DNA of 20,770 nucleotides from Bdellovibrionota bacterium FG-2 (GCA_051382305.1 JBBCAV010000433.1:1-20770), one strand, 5' to 3'. Positions 8,897 to 17,950 are shown, counted from the first letter of the stretch. The notes: generated by a model from the letters alone, not told the origin. A program made the numbers and translations.

Positions 8897-10144
8897 ATGA
8901 CGCAATCGCATCTTGAGCCTCTTAATTGTGTCGAGTTTTTTGGTGGGGTACAACCTTGTAGAATCAACGATCAGGATGGCGCCTTAAGGCTCCTCTCTGA
9001 GACCTTGGTTTCGCGCTTTTCCGATTGGTGTTTAATTGAGCTATGTAACCCGACCGGTCCTTTGATCCCGGTGCTCGTGCGCCATCGAGATCCGCACAAG
9101 ATGGAAGATTTTTGTGCTCTTGCGCCTTCTTTGCGTTTAACTGAGATGACGGGCAAAACTGAGATTCTCGCGCGCGACGCTGTACTCACTCTTCGCGATC
9201 GAGGCTTCGAGCGTGAGCGATTGGAGTTGCTCCAGCGGTTGGGGACGCATTGGTATTTTTCGCTCCCGCTTTCCGCAAATAATCGAGTTTTTGGCACGGT
9301 CTCCGGAGGCGGACATCATGCTACTGTTTTTCCTGGAATAGAAGAAATCAAGAAGTTTCAGGCCTATTTTGAGTGTATTTCGAGCACGCTTCACCAGTGT
9401 TCTTTGAGTGAAGAGCTTGAGTCCTTGTTGAGTCGAAGAATTGAACATGAAAAGAACATGGCTTCTGCGATTCATGATCTCAAAAATGACCTGCACGTGA
9501 TTCTGCTCTCTCAGTCTTTGCTAGAGGACAAAAAAGTAAAAATAGGCATGAATCCCTCTGTGCGCAAATGTGCGGAAAGAATGGGGCGGGCCGCTAGACG
9601 GATGAATGCCCTTTTTGAGTCGATGCTTGATTCTTCAGACTACAGCCGAGAGAATCGGGTGAAGGAGTTTTCAGATATAGAGCTGGGGCCGGTTTTAGAA
9701 GAATCGCTCGAGGCATTAGCCCCGATTGCCGAGGTGAGAAAAATAGAGTTGGCGATTCAGGGCGCTGCGAAATCGAAGCAAGTGCGCGGCATCCGTCCTA
9801 AACTTCTTCGGGTTCTGACAAATCTTTTGCGAAACGCGATTGCCTTTTCAAAGGATCACTCTAGGGTGGGCGTTCGTGTTGAAGAGTTTCGGGAGCAAGG
9901 TGAAATCAAAATCTCTGTCTGCGACTCAGGCGCCGGTATTCCAGCAGATGCGCGCAAGAATATTTTTTCACCGGGTTGGGTAGGGCCTAGTTCCCTGGTG
10001 GGCGGTAAAGCGCAAGCAGGTTACGGGATTGGGTTACAGAATGCCAAAACCTTCATTGAACAGATGGGGGGAAAAATCTGGGTGGAGTCCGAGGAGGGAC
10101 AAGAAGGCAGCTGTTTTTCGTTTACGCTGCCCTTGGCTCCATAA
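8897..10144 (+). CDS. Cytoplasmic GAF-like + HisKA + HATPase sensor histidine kinase (orphan)
   Basis: GAF-like DWCLIEL and FSLPLSANNRVFGTV; H-box AIHDLKN, N-box NLLRNAIAFS, G1 DSGAGIP, G2 GYGIGL, and MGGKIWVES. No evident TM segment. Start is uncertain (ATG 8897 preferred over TTG 8834). Confidence 0.88.
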   Translation: MTQSHLEPLNCVEFFGGVQPCRINDQDGALRLLSETLVSRFSDWCLIELCNPTGPLIPVLVRHRDPHKMEDFCALAPSLRLTEMTGKTEILARDAVLTLRDRGFERERLELLQRLGTHWYFSLPLSANNRVFGTVSGGGHHATVFPGIEEIKKFQAYFECISSTLHQCSLSEELESLLSRRIEHEKNMASAIHDLKNDLHVILLSQSLLEDKKVKIGMNPSVRKCAERMGRAARRMNALFESMLDSSDYSRENRVKEFSDIELGPVLEESLEALAPIAEVRKIELAIQGAAKSKQVRGIRPKLLRVLTNLLRNAIAFSKDHSRVGVRVEEFREQGEIKISVCDSGAGIPADARKNIFSPGWVGPSSLVGGKAQAGYGIGLQNAKTFIEQMGGKIWVESEEGQEGSCFSFTLPLAP

Positions 10145-10149
10145 CGTAG

Positions 10150-10170
10150 GAGTGCTGTAGTACAGTACTC
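10150..10170. promoter_or_regulatory. Near-perfect 21-bp palindrome (operator or terminator-like)
   Basis: GAGTGCTGTA-G-TACAGTACTC has a 9/10 arm match. It lies between the kinase stop and the promoter of the next regulator. Confidence 0.5.
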
Positions 10171-10225
10171 GCGTTTGCGAGAGGTTAAAGCGGATACGTT
10201 TAGTTATTTGAAATATCTCTAAAAG

Positions 10226-10254
10226 TTGCAAAAAAGCGGGCAATACATTAGATT
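10226..10254 (+). promoter_or_regulatory. Putative sigma70 promoter for XRE-V4R regulator A
   Basis: TTGCAA-N17-TAGATT, ending 27 nt before ATG 10282. Confidence 0.55.
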
Positions 10255-10281
10255 GACGCAGCGTGATGTCCGCGCCGCTTT

Positions 10282-11190
10282 ATGAGACTCGTGACAGCAG
10301 AATCCCACAGCTTCAATCAGCGATTAAGTCACACTTTGTTTGGCCTTCAAGACGCGCTTGATATTGATGCTCCTGTTTTTTCACTTATGATAGGTGTCTC
10401 CGGCATCCGCTATCACGAGCTGCGAACGGGGCGCTCAGAGGTTTCCGTGCAGGAGCTCTATACCTTAGCTCAAGGCCTTGATGTCAATTTCGGGCAGCTC
10501 ATGGAAGGTCAGCTTGATTTGAAATTGCTGCGGCAGCGCCTTCGCGGGGGCCCGGATCTTTTGCCAGAAGCTTACGCCGACAAAAATCATCATTTTGCGA
10601 GAAGCATTACTCCGAAAGTGATTCATACTCATCTTGCGACTTATCACGGCAGCGCGTTTGCGCGATCCTTGTTTCGAAGGCTTCATGTCACTCCGGAGCT
10701 TTTTGAGAATCTAACGGATTATATTAGCCCGATGATTCCAGGCGATATTTTGAATCACCTGTGTGAAGAAGAACGGTATACAGATGAACAGATCCGCGGG
10801 ATCGGTACGATGACTTTTCCGATTATGCCTCGAGCGGTTTCAGAAACCCTTCGTAATTTGAGGACGCCGCAACGGCTGTATCAGTATATGTTTGAGATTG
10901 TTGTTCGGCAAATGTATGATCGTTTCTCGAATTATCAAATTGAACAAATGACTGAGGCTTATTGCCGGATGAAGGTCACGATTAGTGATGAGGCTCAAAC
11001 GGCTTTTGGACGGAAGATCGTGGATTATCGTGCCTGCTGTTTGTATCGGCAAGGCGTGATGAGTTCGTTTTTGGCTCATCTGACCGGAAATTTTGCTAAA
11101 GTTCGCGAGCATTCGTGCCTTTATCGTGGGGATCCCCATTGCAGCTTTGATATTGATTGGGACAATCAGCTGAGCGTCAATAATCTCTGA
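10282..11190 (+). CDS. XRE-like HTH + V4R-like ligand-binding domain protein (paralog A)
   Basis: Degenerate N-terminal HTH, LPEAY linker, and C-terminal CLYRQG...EHSCLYRGDPHCSF. The motifs align with paralogs B and C. Confidence 0.72.
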   Translation: MRLVTAESHSFNQRLSHTLFGLQDALDIDAPVFSLMIGVSGIRYHELRTGRSEVSVQELYTLAQGLDVNFGQLMEGQLDLKLLRQRLRGGPDLLPEAYADKNHHFARSITPKVIHTHLATYHGSAFARSLFRRLHVTPELFENLTDYISPMIPGDILNHLCEEERYTDEQIRGIGTMTFPIMPRAVSETLRNLRTPQRLYQYMFEIVVRQMYDRFSNYQIEQMTEAYCRMKVTISDEAQTAFGRKIVDYRACCLYRQGVMSSFLAHLTGNFAKVREHSCLYRGDPHCSFDIDWDNQLSVNNL

Positions 11191-12485
11191 ATTCGCGAAA
11201 CACAATAGAGCGGGAGATTTATAAAATCATCATCTTTTCTGAGTCCATTCAGGCTCACGCGCGCCACCCGTGGGCAATGAAAACGCTTCTGATATTCTCG
11301 GAGACTCTTGATGCCTTTAGTTGTTCCAGATTTAACTTCAAGGGGGATGATGTGTTCGTCACAGGGAATCAGATAATCAACTTCTGCTTGATTTTGACTT
11401 TGCCAATAGAAGAGATCGCACGTCTCGGTTCCTCGTAGCTCTTGGGCGACAAAATTCTCGGCTAATGCGCCTTTGTATTCTTGAAACAAGGTCGCATTCT
11501 CTAGAATGTGTTTTGGCGAAACATCGAGTTTCGCACTTAGTAACCCCACATCGCCGAAGTAAATCTTAAAATTCTCAGGGATCTTATAACCTTCTAGCGG
11601 GAGTTTAGGTGCGGTTACTTGGTAGCACTTGTGAATCAGTTCAGCATCTGAAAGCCACTGAATCGCGGTTTCGAACTCTCGGGCTCTTGCGGACTTTCCG
11701 ATATGCGAATAGGTGAATTTTTTGTTTTCTCGGGCGAGCATTGCGGGCAACGCTTCCCAGATGCTGGATATTTTTAGCGCCTGTTCGGGCGAGGAGTATT
11801 TGAGGAAATCATTCTCGTAAGATTTCACAATTTCGTGCTGAATTTCACGGATCGAGTGGAAATCTCCGGTGTGCTGGTATGCCGCAACGGCTTCGGGCAT
11901 GCCTCCGATGATTAGATATTTTTTTAGCCAATCCAAGAGTTCATCATGAAAAGATTCTGGAATTGAATCAGCCGTTTTCAGTTCTGATATATATTCGCGA
12001 AGCTGAACTTTACCCATGGCCGATAAAAACTCAGAAAATGTCATGGGATGAAGGTTCATAAAATTCACTTTTCCAACAGGGAAAGAGCGCTGATGGCGAA
12101 GTTTCACGCCTAAGAGCGAGCCTGCACCGACGACAAAATATTGAGGAGCGTCTTCGCAAAAATACTTAAGAGAGGTCAACGCACCATCAGAGAGTTGAAT
12201 CTCGTCGAAAACAATGAGGGTTTCGCCCTTCTTGATTTTGGCTTCTTGGTGGATCGAGAGTTTTTCAATCAGTTTTTCAGGATTGAGATCTTTTTTGAAA
12301 AGCTCTAAGAGCGCAGGCGTTCTTTCAAAATTAAAATAAGCGATGTCTTTAAAGTGCGTTTTGCCAAAATGCTTGAGGAGGTAGGTTTTCCCAACCTGTC
12401 GGGCCCCCTGGAAAATCAAGGGCTTCCGCCTAGGGGAGTTTTTCCAAAGCAATAATCGAGCGTGCGCGTCGCGTTTCAGCATCAT
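11166..12485 (-). CDS. AAA_14 + DUF4143 ATPase (COG1373-like)
   Basis: Walker A GARQVGKT, Walker B FDEIQ, AGSLLG, FPVGKV, GGMPE, KIYFGDVGLL, ENFV, and C-terminal EVDY...LEVKSG. Confidence 0.92.
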   Translation of the reverse strand: MMLKRDAHARLLLWKNSPRRKPLIFQGARQVGKTYLLKHFGKTHFKDIAYFNFERTPALLELFKKDLNPEKLIEKLSIHQEAKIKKGETLIVFDEIQLSDGALTSLKYFCEDAPQYFVVGAGSLLGVKLRHQRSFPVGKVNFMNLHPMTFSEFLSAMGKVQLREYISELKTADSIPESFHDELLDWLKKYLIIGGMPEAVAAYQHTGDFHSIREIQHEIVKSYENDFLKYSSPEQALKISSIWEALPAMLARENKKFTYSHIGKSARAREFETAIQWLSDAELIHKCYQVTAPKLPLEGYKIPENFKIYFGDVGLLSAKLDVSPKHILENATLFQEYKGALAENFVAQELRGTETCDLFYWQSQNQAEVDYLIPCDEHIIPLEVKSGTTKGIKSLREYQKRFHCPRVARVSLNGLRKDDDFINLPLYCVSRIQRLLTLS

Positions 12486-12490
12486 TTCTC

Positions 12491-12518
12491 ATTATACGTA
12501 CCTTTTTCGTGATGTCAA
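12491..12518 (-). promoter_or_regulatory. Consensus sigma70 promoter of the ATPase gene (probably leaderless mRNA)
   Basis: Minus strand TTGACA(12518-12513)-N16-TATAAT(12496-12491). Only 5 nt separate it from ATG 12485, and there is no SD. Confidence 0.85.
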
Positions 12519-12552
12519 TCACGCTTTTGGTACATATAACGCGAATAGTGAT

Positions 12553-13653
12553 CTAAAGCGCTGAATTCACGTCTTGCGCCAATGCCTCAAGCAGCGTGCT
12601 TGAAAAAGGCCCTGAAGTTTTCACTTCGCCATAAGCGCCTGCTAATGGCGCAAATGCGTGGCCCACGCCTTCGAAAAATCTTAAGCTTGTTTTGCCAGCA
12701 AAAGATTGCTGCGCCGACACGGCCCAACTCCAATGGACTTGGGGGTCTTCCATTCCTTGATACATGTAAACAGGTGCGGTGATGCGAGAAGTGAAGGTCG
12801 AAAAAGCAGGGAGATCACGAAACGAGGTGTACCATCCCGCAAAGGACGGGCTTCGAAGTACGCTCATTGCCGTACCCAAGAATTTTGCATAGGTCGGTGC
12901 GATTTCGCTCTCAAACGAAAGACTGCAGCTTTGATTCATGTCTAAGTTTTCCCATTTTGCGGCATCGGCACCCCAGAGAAGTCCGAGCAAGGGGAGTTGA
13001 TGACTTGGATCGAGGGTCGCAAGCTCTGAGGCATTGAGCTCGCCGTCGTGATTGATGTCTAACTTGCGCTTCATGAGGTCCACGGGCCATTGCAAAAACT
13101 GATAGGCGAACATGTCATCCATGGAGCGAGAAGGAGGCGCGAGCAGAAACAAAAAATCCACGGGTTCATCGGCTGCCACCATCGTTGCGACAAGCGCGCC
13201 TTCACTAAAACCCACAATGCCAACAGGGAGTCCTGGAAAACGTTGTTTAAGCGTTTGCAAAGCCACGTGCGCATCAGCGACTAAATAGGGTGCAGTTTGA
13301 TAGGCAAGCTCCGCCGCATTTTCAACGCCCCGTTTTGCGTATCTCAAGCTTGCGGATCCTGTCTCGGCCAGAGTTGCGGCGAGCTGATCACTGAGTTTTG
13401 CGGGTTGACCTTTATATCCGAAACCCACAAATGGGCTGCTCACATCGCCGTCCGTTCCTACGTTGCCGCTGCCTGGGAGAATCACGAACGCCGCGCGAGG
13501 CGCTACGGTGGGGAGTTGAATCTTTGCCGAAAGTGCGACGCCTTCAGCGACATTCAGCACGAGATTTTCTTCTGGGCCGGGCCTTTGGCTGGCCGATGCG
13601 GTAAGAGCGAAGCACAAAGCAAGAAGCACGAAAACGAGTGTTGTGTTTTTCAT
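12553..13653 (-). CDS. Secreted alpha/beta hydrolase with EF-hand-like insert
   Basis: Signal peptide MKNTTLVFVLLALCFALTASA, ILPGSG, RYAKRG, GFSEG nucleophile elbow, QGMED acid, GVGHAF His, and DINHDGELNASE EF-hand loop. Start set at ATG 13653. Confidence 0.82.
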   Translation of the reverse strand: MKNTTLVFVLLALCFALTASASQRPGPEENLVLNVAEGVALSAKIQLPTVAPRAAFVILPGSGNVGTDGDVSSPFVGFGYKGQPAKLSDQLAATLAETGSASLRYAKRGVENAAELAYQTAPYLVADAHVALQTLKQRFPGLPVGIVGFSEGALVATMVAADEPVDFLFLLAPPSRSMDDMFAYQFLQWPVDLMKRKLDINHDGELNASELATLDPSHQLPLLGLLWGADAAKWENLDMNQSCSLSFESEIAPTYAKFLGTAMSVLRSPSFAGWYTSFRDLPAFSTFTSRITAPVYMYQGMEDPQVHWSWAVSAQQSFAGKTSLRFFEGVGHAFAPLAGAYGEVKTSGPFSSTLLEALAQDVNSAL

Positions 13654-13758
13654 ATTGAGTGCGCTTATAACGGCCGATTTGCTACTTTTCAAGAGTTCCC
13701 GACTAAATTTCTCAAAAAAAGAACTAGCTTAAACTAATCACGTTGAATAAAACGAAGT

Positions 13759-14625
13759 ATGGCGATCGGCTTTCCGGCTTTTGGTGTTTTCTACGGGGTG
13801 TTTTACGGAGGAATTCTCTCCTTTGCTTATCTCTTTGTTCGCATGCACGGCCACGATGGGGGGCTGACTCTTTTTGCAGCAGCTGCAGCGTGCGCGTGGC
13901 TCGCGCATTTAGTGGTTTGGCCCAAGCGCACGATTCAAGGCCTTGCGCAGCCCAAGATGTTGTTTCGGGGAATGCTCTTTGGCCTCACCCAGGTCTTTAT
14001 TTTCAAAGTTCAAAAAGCAGGACTCACGAGTGCCGCTCTCGTTTCTTCGACGATGGGAAGTGTTTTTGGCGTGCTGCTTGGGAGGGTTTACCTCAAAGAA
14101 AAGTTGAAGGGCCTGAGTTTCGGGGCTTTAGGTTTTTCGCTGGCGGCCGTTTTTATTAATCCGGCTTTGATTTTGAGTTCCTATCTTGGAGTTATCGGTG
14201 GCTTCATTCAAGGCACGGGCTTTGTGCTCGCACGCTCACTGATGATCGAAGAGCAGAGTGTTCGGCAGTCGGTAGCAACCGGTCTTTTTGTGGCGGCCGT
14301 CGTATCAATCGTTGCGCTTCTTGTGGGCGGCGAAACTTCTGCGGCGTCGTTTTTGAGCCTGGCGCCCACTGATTTGCTGATGACGATGGGCTTGTTGCTC
14401 GTCGTTCAATACGCGTTTTTCTGCCTTTTTCGAGTGTTGGATGCTCCTCGCGCGTCCATGCTTACCTTATCGAGAATCCCATGGGCTGTCTGCTTAGAAT
14501 GGGCCATTTTAGGCATTATCGCCAAACCCACCCAGTGGGTAGCGGCCTGTTTTGTCGCTGCCAGCTCGGCCCTATTGATTCTGGAGTCCCGAAAGGTCAA
14601 AAAAGCTTCAGCCCCCAAGATTTAA
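13759..14625 (+). CDS. EamA/DMT family transporter
   Basis: 288 aa with about ten hydrophobic segments, LGRVYLKEKL closing the first EamA repeat, and a two-repeat layout. Confidence 0.75.
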   Translation: MAIGFPAFGVFYGVFYGGILSFAYLFVRMHGHDGGLTLFAAAAACAWLAHLVVWPKRTIQGLAQPKMLFRGMLFGLTQVFIFKVQKAGLTSAALVSSTMGSVFGVLLGRVYLKEKLKGLSFGALGFSLAAVFINPALILSSYLGVIGGFIQGTGFVLARSLMIEEQSVRQSVATGLFVAAVVSIVALLVGGETSAASFLSLAPTDLLMTMGLLLVVQYAFFCLFRVLDAPRASMLTLSRIPWAVCLEWAILGIIAKPTQWVAACFVAASSALLILESRKVKKASAPKI

Positions 14626-14692
14626 GTGTTGAGCAAAACCGATTTATGCTATCTTATGTGACTAGAACATAGTGAAGAAGGAGAGATTCTTT

Positions 14693-15601
14693 ATGACGGT
14701 AAAGAACCCGAAGAAACTAGTGAAAAAAATTGAAACCATTCGCGAAAGCGACATCCAGGCGGTTTTGGGCGAGACGATCAAAAAGATCCGCAAGAGCGCG
14801 GGCGTTTCCCAAACAGACTTGGGCCAGCTTCTGGACATTCACCAGACTGCCGTGTGCCGCGTGGAAAACGGAACGCAGAGTTTGCTGCCGTATCAGCTTC
14901 AGCGCGCCTCTGAGTACTTTGGCGTCAATGTCGATTCAATGCTCATGGGTCGGGTGAACTATTGGAGGATCGCGGAGCGTTTCAAGCGCTCGCCTGAGTT
15001 GCCCGAGCGCTATCGTAATTTTCATTTCTCAAAAGTGAGAGAAGTGTTCCCTCTCCTACAGTTCTTAAACGAAGAAGAAGGCAATTCGTACACCCAAAAA
15101 GCGCTGGCCAAATTTGATTTGGAGAGCTTGCTTTTTGTAAATCCGGATCAAAGTATCAGCGCTCATTGTCAGTTGGATCTCATGCGGCACGCGATCGCCG
15201 ATGGCGCGTTGAGTGAGAAGAATTTCGCTGCGCTCATTAAGCAAACCCGCTCCGAAGATTTTCACGGCGTCATGCATCCGGTGTATGAGACGCAAGAGTC
15301 GTCGGTGAAATTGATACAGACGTTATTGCTCAATATGCACCATTACGAATCCAATTTCGAATATCAGATCGAAGAAGTGCAGCGTGCGGGGCTCGTGGTA
15401 TCGATTAGCCCTCGGGAGCATATGCATGAAGTCGAGTATCGCGATGAGATTCTAGGAGATTCATTGTGCCGCTATAAAAAGGGGCTCATCTCGGAATTTC
15501 CTCACTACATCGGTGCGAAGTCCTTTAACCTCACTGAAAAAGAATGCCACTATCACGGTGGTGCTGAGCGGTGCGTGTATAAGATTCAAGCCGCGGCTTA
15601 G
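14693..15601 (+). CDS. XRE HTH + V4R-like ligand-binding domain protein (paralog B)
   Basis: Canonical XRE HTH LGETIKKIRKSAGVSQTDLGQLLDIHQTAVCRVENG, then LPERY and CRYKKG...EKECHYHGGAERCVY. SD AAGGAG precedes ATG 14693. Confidence 0.85.
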   Translation: MTVKNPKKLVKKIETIRESDIQAVLGETIKKIRKSAGVSQTDLGQLLDIHQTAVCRVENGTQSLLPYQLQRASEYFGVNVDSMLMGRVNYWRIAERFKRSPELPERYRNFHFSKVREVFPLLQFLNEEEGNSYTQKALAKFDLESLLFVNPDQSISAHCQLDLMRHAIADGALSEKNFAALIKQTRSEDFHGVMHPVYETQESSVKLIQTLLLNMHHYESNFEYQIEEVQRAGLVVSISPREHMHEVEYRDEILGDSLCRYKKGLISEFPHYIGAKSFNLTEKECHYHGGAERCVYKIQAAA

Positions 15602-15683
15602 GCCACGCGCTCAATGCTTTCAGTTGATCTCTCGGCACGATTTGTCATTTTTAAGAAAATGCGATACGAACATTGCTGTGGCA

Positions 15684-16646
15684 ATGGGCAATGAAAATGC
15701 AACATTTGAGTATCAGCTTCGTCTGACGCTAGGGCGAGTTCGCGATGCATTAGGGTGTTCTAAAGATCAATTTAGGGAACTTTTACAGCTCTCAAGTTCT
15801 GAATTTGAACAGATCGATCAAGGGCATAAATCTTTTGATGTTCGCACTCTGCAGTTATTTTGTGATCAGTTAGGGATAAGTATTTCTGGTCTGTTCTCCG
15901 GAAAGCTCGATTTGTTGGCCCTTGCAAGACAGAACGCTGGGAATTTGCTTTTTTTGCCTGAAAGGTACCTCCCTCCGGAGCACCAACTTGGGCGAGCGCG
16001 CTCTATCTTGGGAATTCTGAAATACGTCGAATCTCTTCATGGGTTTCCATATTCTCGGAATTTACTTTCGCGGCTTCAAGTTTCACGCGCTTGTTTGCTT
16101 GATCATGAAGCTTTCATCAGTCCTCTCGTGGGCGTTGATCTTCTGAATCTCCTTTGTCAGGAAGGCTTCGATGCGGGACACCTGTCGGAAATGGGAAAGA
16201 TGATGTACCATGTTTCAAGCGGTACAGCGATTTCCAAAATTCTCGGACGTGCAGCTTCTCCAAGTGAATTGTATCGAACCTTGCATGAAGAAATTCCAGG
16301 GCATTTTGATCACGCTTTTCATTATCGTCTAACAAAACTCACTTTGGATTCATGTACAACAACGGCCATCCCAACAGAAGAAACCCAAGAGCTTTTTCGA
16401 AGTAATCTATTTGGAACTAAATCCATGTGCCGCTTTAAGCAGGGGGTGCTTTCGGCTTTCCTGGGCTATTTGAATAGTAGCTTTGCCGCTGTGACTGAGT
16501 CGGAGTGCATGTACGAAGGCGGCGCCAAATGTGTCTATCACTTGATCTGGGATGAGAATCCTATTGTTAAGCAGCCTCCTCGCCGTGAGAAAGGGGCAAG
16601 GCCGTTCTTACGATCTGTGCAGGAATTCCGACCGCTGTACAACTAG
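15684..16646 (+). CDS. XRE-like HTH + V4R-like ligand-binding domain protein (paralog C)
   Basis: HTH-like [32 protein letters not shown], then LPERY and CRFKQG...[14 protein letters not shown]. Start ATG 15684 was chosen by alignment to paralogs A and B. Confidence 0.78.
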   Translation: MGNENATFEYQLRLTLGRVRDALGCSKDQFRELLQLSSSEFEQIDQGHKSFDVRTLQLFCDQLGISISGLFSGKLDLLALARQNAGNLLFLPERYLPPEHQLGRARSILGILKYVESLHGFPYSRNLLSRLQVSRACLLDHEAFISPLVGVDLLNLLCQEGFDAGHLSEMGKMMYHVSSGTAISKILGRAASPSELYRTLHEEIPGHFDHAFHYRLTKLTLDSCTTTAIPTEETQELFRSNLFGTKSMCRFKQGVLSAFLGYLNSSFAAVTESECMYEGGAKCVYHLIWDENPIVKQPPRREKGARPFLRSVQEFRPLYN

Positions 16647-17124
16647 GTGGAATATCAGTAAGCACAACTGCACCAGCTCCAATTCTCACGTCGTCACCGA
16701 TAGTTATATTCCCTAAGATTGTAGCTCCGGCTCCGATGAGGACTCGATCTCCAATTGTGGGATGGCGTTTCTCTCGAGACTCTTTGGTCTCCCTAGAGCC
16801 TAAAGTTACGCCGTGAAAAAAGATAACATCGTTACCTATGCAGGCGGTTTCACCGATTACGATGCCATTCCCATGATCGATAAAGAGTCCCTGGCCGATT
16901 TTTGCGCCGGGGTGGATCTCGATTCCGGTGAAAAATCTGCAAGCTGTCGATATGAGGCGTGGTAGAAATGGAACATTCTTGAGCCAAAGTGAATGAGCGA
17001 GCCGGTAAGCACAGACCGCATGAAATCCAGGATAAAGAAAAAGCACCTCCCAATCACTCTTCGCCGCCGGATCCAATCGGCGATACTGTTTAATAAGTCT
17101 AAATGCATCGAAACTAGATATCAT
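16567..17124 (-). CDS. cysE: Serine O-acetyltransferase (short CysE/EpsC type, left-handed beta-helix)
   Basis: [48 protein letters not shown] and TAVGIPA motifs. Start ATG 17124 follows GAAGGGA and overlaps the methyltransferase stop. Confidence 0.88.
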   Translation of the reverse strand: MISSFDAFRLIKQYRRLDPAAKSDWEVLFLYPGFHAVCAYRLAHSLWLKNVPFLPRLISTACRFFTGIEIHPGAKIGQGLFIDHGNGIVIGETACIGNDVIFFHGVTLGSRETKESREKRHPTIGDRVLIGAGATILGNITIGDDVRIGAGAVVLTDIPPSCTAVGIPAQIVRTALPLSHGEEAA

Positions 17125-17950
17125 AATGCAGTATCCCTTCTTCGATAGCTTTTGTTCCAGCGACAAGAAACTTGTTATAAAAAAGAACGAGGCCTGGAAG
17201 ATCAAGGCTCTGCAAGTATTCATCGCGAAACCGCAAGGCAGGCTTTTTGCCTCCTAAGATGGACTCTAAAAATGTCATTGCGGACTCGAGCTTCTCTTTT
17301 AGGAGTTGGCGCTCACAGGCAAGATCGCGACCTTTGCATTCAATTGTTTGAATTTTCCAGGTAATGGAACTGAATCCCGCATCCGCAAGTAATGAAGGAA
17401 GTTTTCGGCCTACTCTCAGGTCAAAAGGGGCCGAGTGTTCAAGTTTGCTTAAGACCTCAGCCACAAAGGGTGTCGTCGGATAGGTGTTATAAAAAAGACC
17501 GTCAATATCTATGAGGTAGATTTTTCCGCCGGGCGCTAAACAGCGAAGAAACTCGGCAACTGTTGACCGCATGTCACAGGGGAGCAGGTGTTCAAGGACG
17601 TATCGACAAATAATTCCGTCAAACATATCATCCGGGAAATCAAGTTTCGAGATGTTTCCGGTCTGGTATGAGATGTTTTCGTGTCCTTGGCTTGCATTTC
17701 GCGTTTGCTTAAGGCGTTCAGGATCAATTTCCACGCCAAAAATTTTAGATTCGGGGTTTTCCTTTGCGAGAAAGCGAGTAGCTATTCCTGAGCCACATCC
17801 CGCATCCAGGATTTTGCTATTGCGCGTAAAATTCAGGCTTGCGAGCTCAGTTTCAGGACAAAAATACTTTACCGAAGATTGACGTTCGAGCCGATCAAAT
17901 TCAGCCCTCCCTTGGAGAACATATTCACTTCTAATTGAAGATACTTTCAC
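17114..17950 (-). CDS. Class I SAM-dependent methyltransferase (small-molecule type)
   Basis: YVL...EFDRLERQ N-terminus, motif [28 protein letters not shown], and [17 protein letters not shown] overlap with the upstream gene. Confidence 0.9.
   Translation of the reverse strand: MKVSSIRSEYVLQGRAEFDRLERQSSVKYFCPETELASLNFTRNSKILDAGCGSGIATRFLAKENPESKIFGVEIDPERLKQTRNASQGHENISYQTGNISKLDFPDDMFDGIICRYVLEHLLPCDMRSTVAEFLRCLAPGGKIYLIDIDGLFYNTYPTTPFVAEVLSKLEHSAPFDLRVGRKLPSLLADAGFSSITWKIQTIECKGRDLACERQLLKEKLESAMTFLESILGGKKPALRFRDEYLQSLDLPGLVLFYNKFLVAGTKAIEEGILHYDI

Noticed and set aside
10155-10165. CTGTAG/TACAG similarity to a lux box or SOS box
   Set aside because: The half-site spacing (CTG-N5-CAG) fits neither, and there is no LuxR in the window.
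15513-15683. Longer N-terminus for regulator C
   Set aside because: It overlaps the end of paralog B and has no counterpart in A or B; ATG 15684 aligns with the paralogs.
17125-17223. Longer N-terminus for the CysE-like ORF
   Set aside because: It lies inside the methyltransferase; ATG 17124 has an SD and matches the short CysE length.
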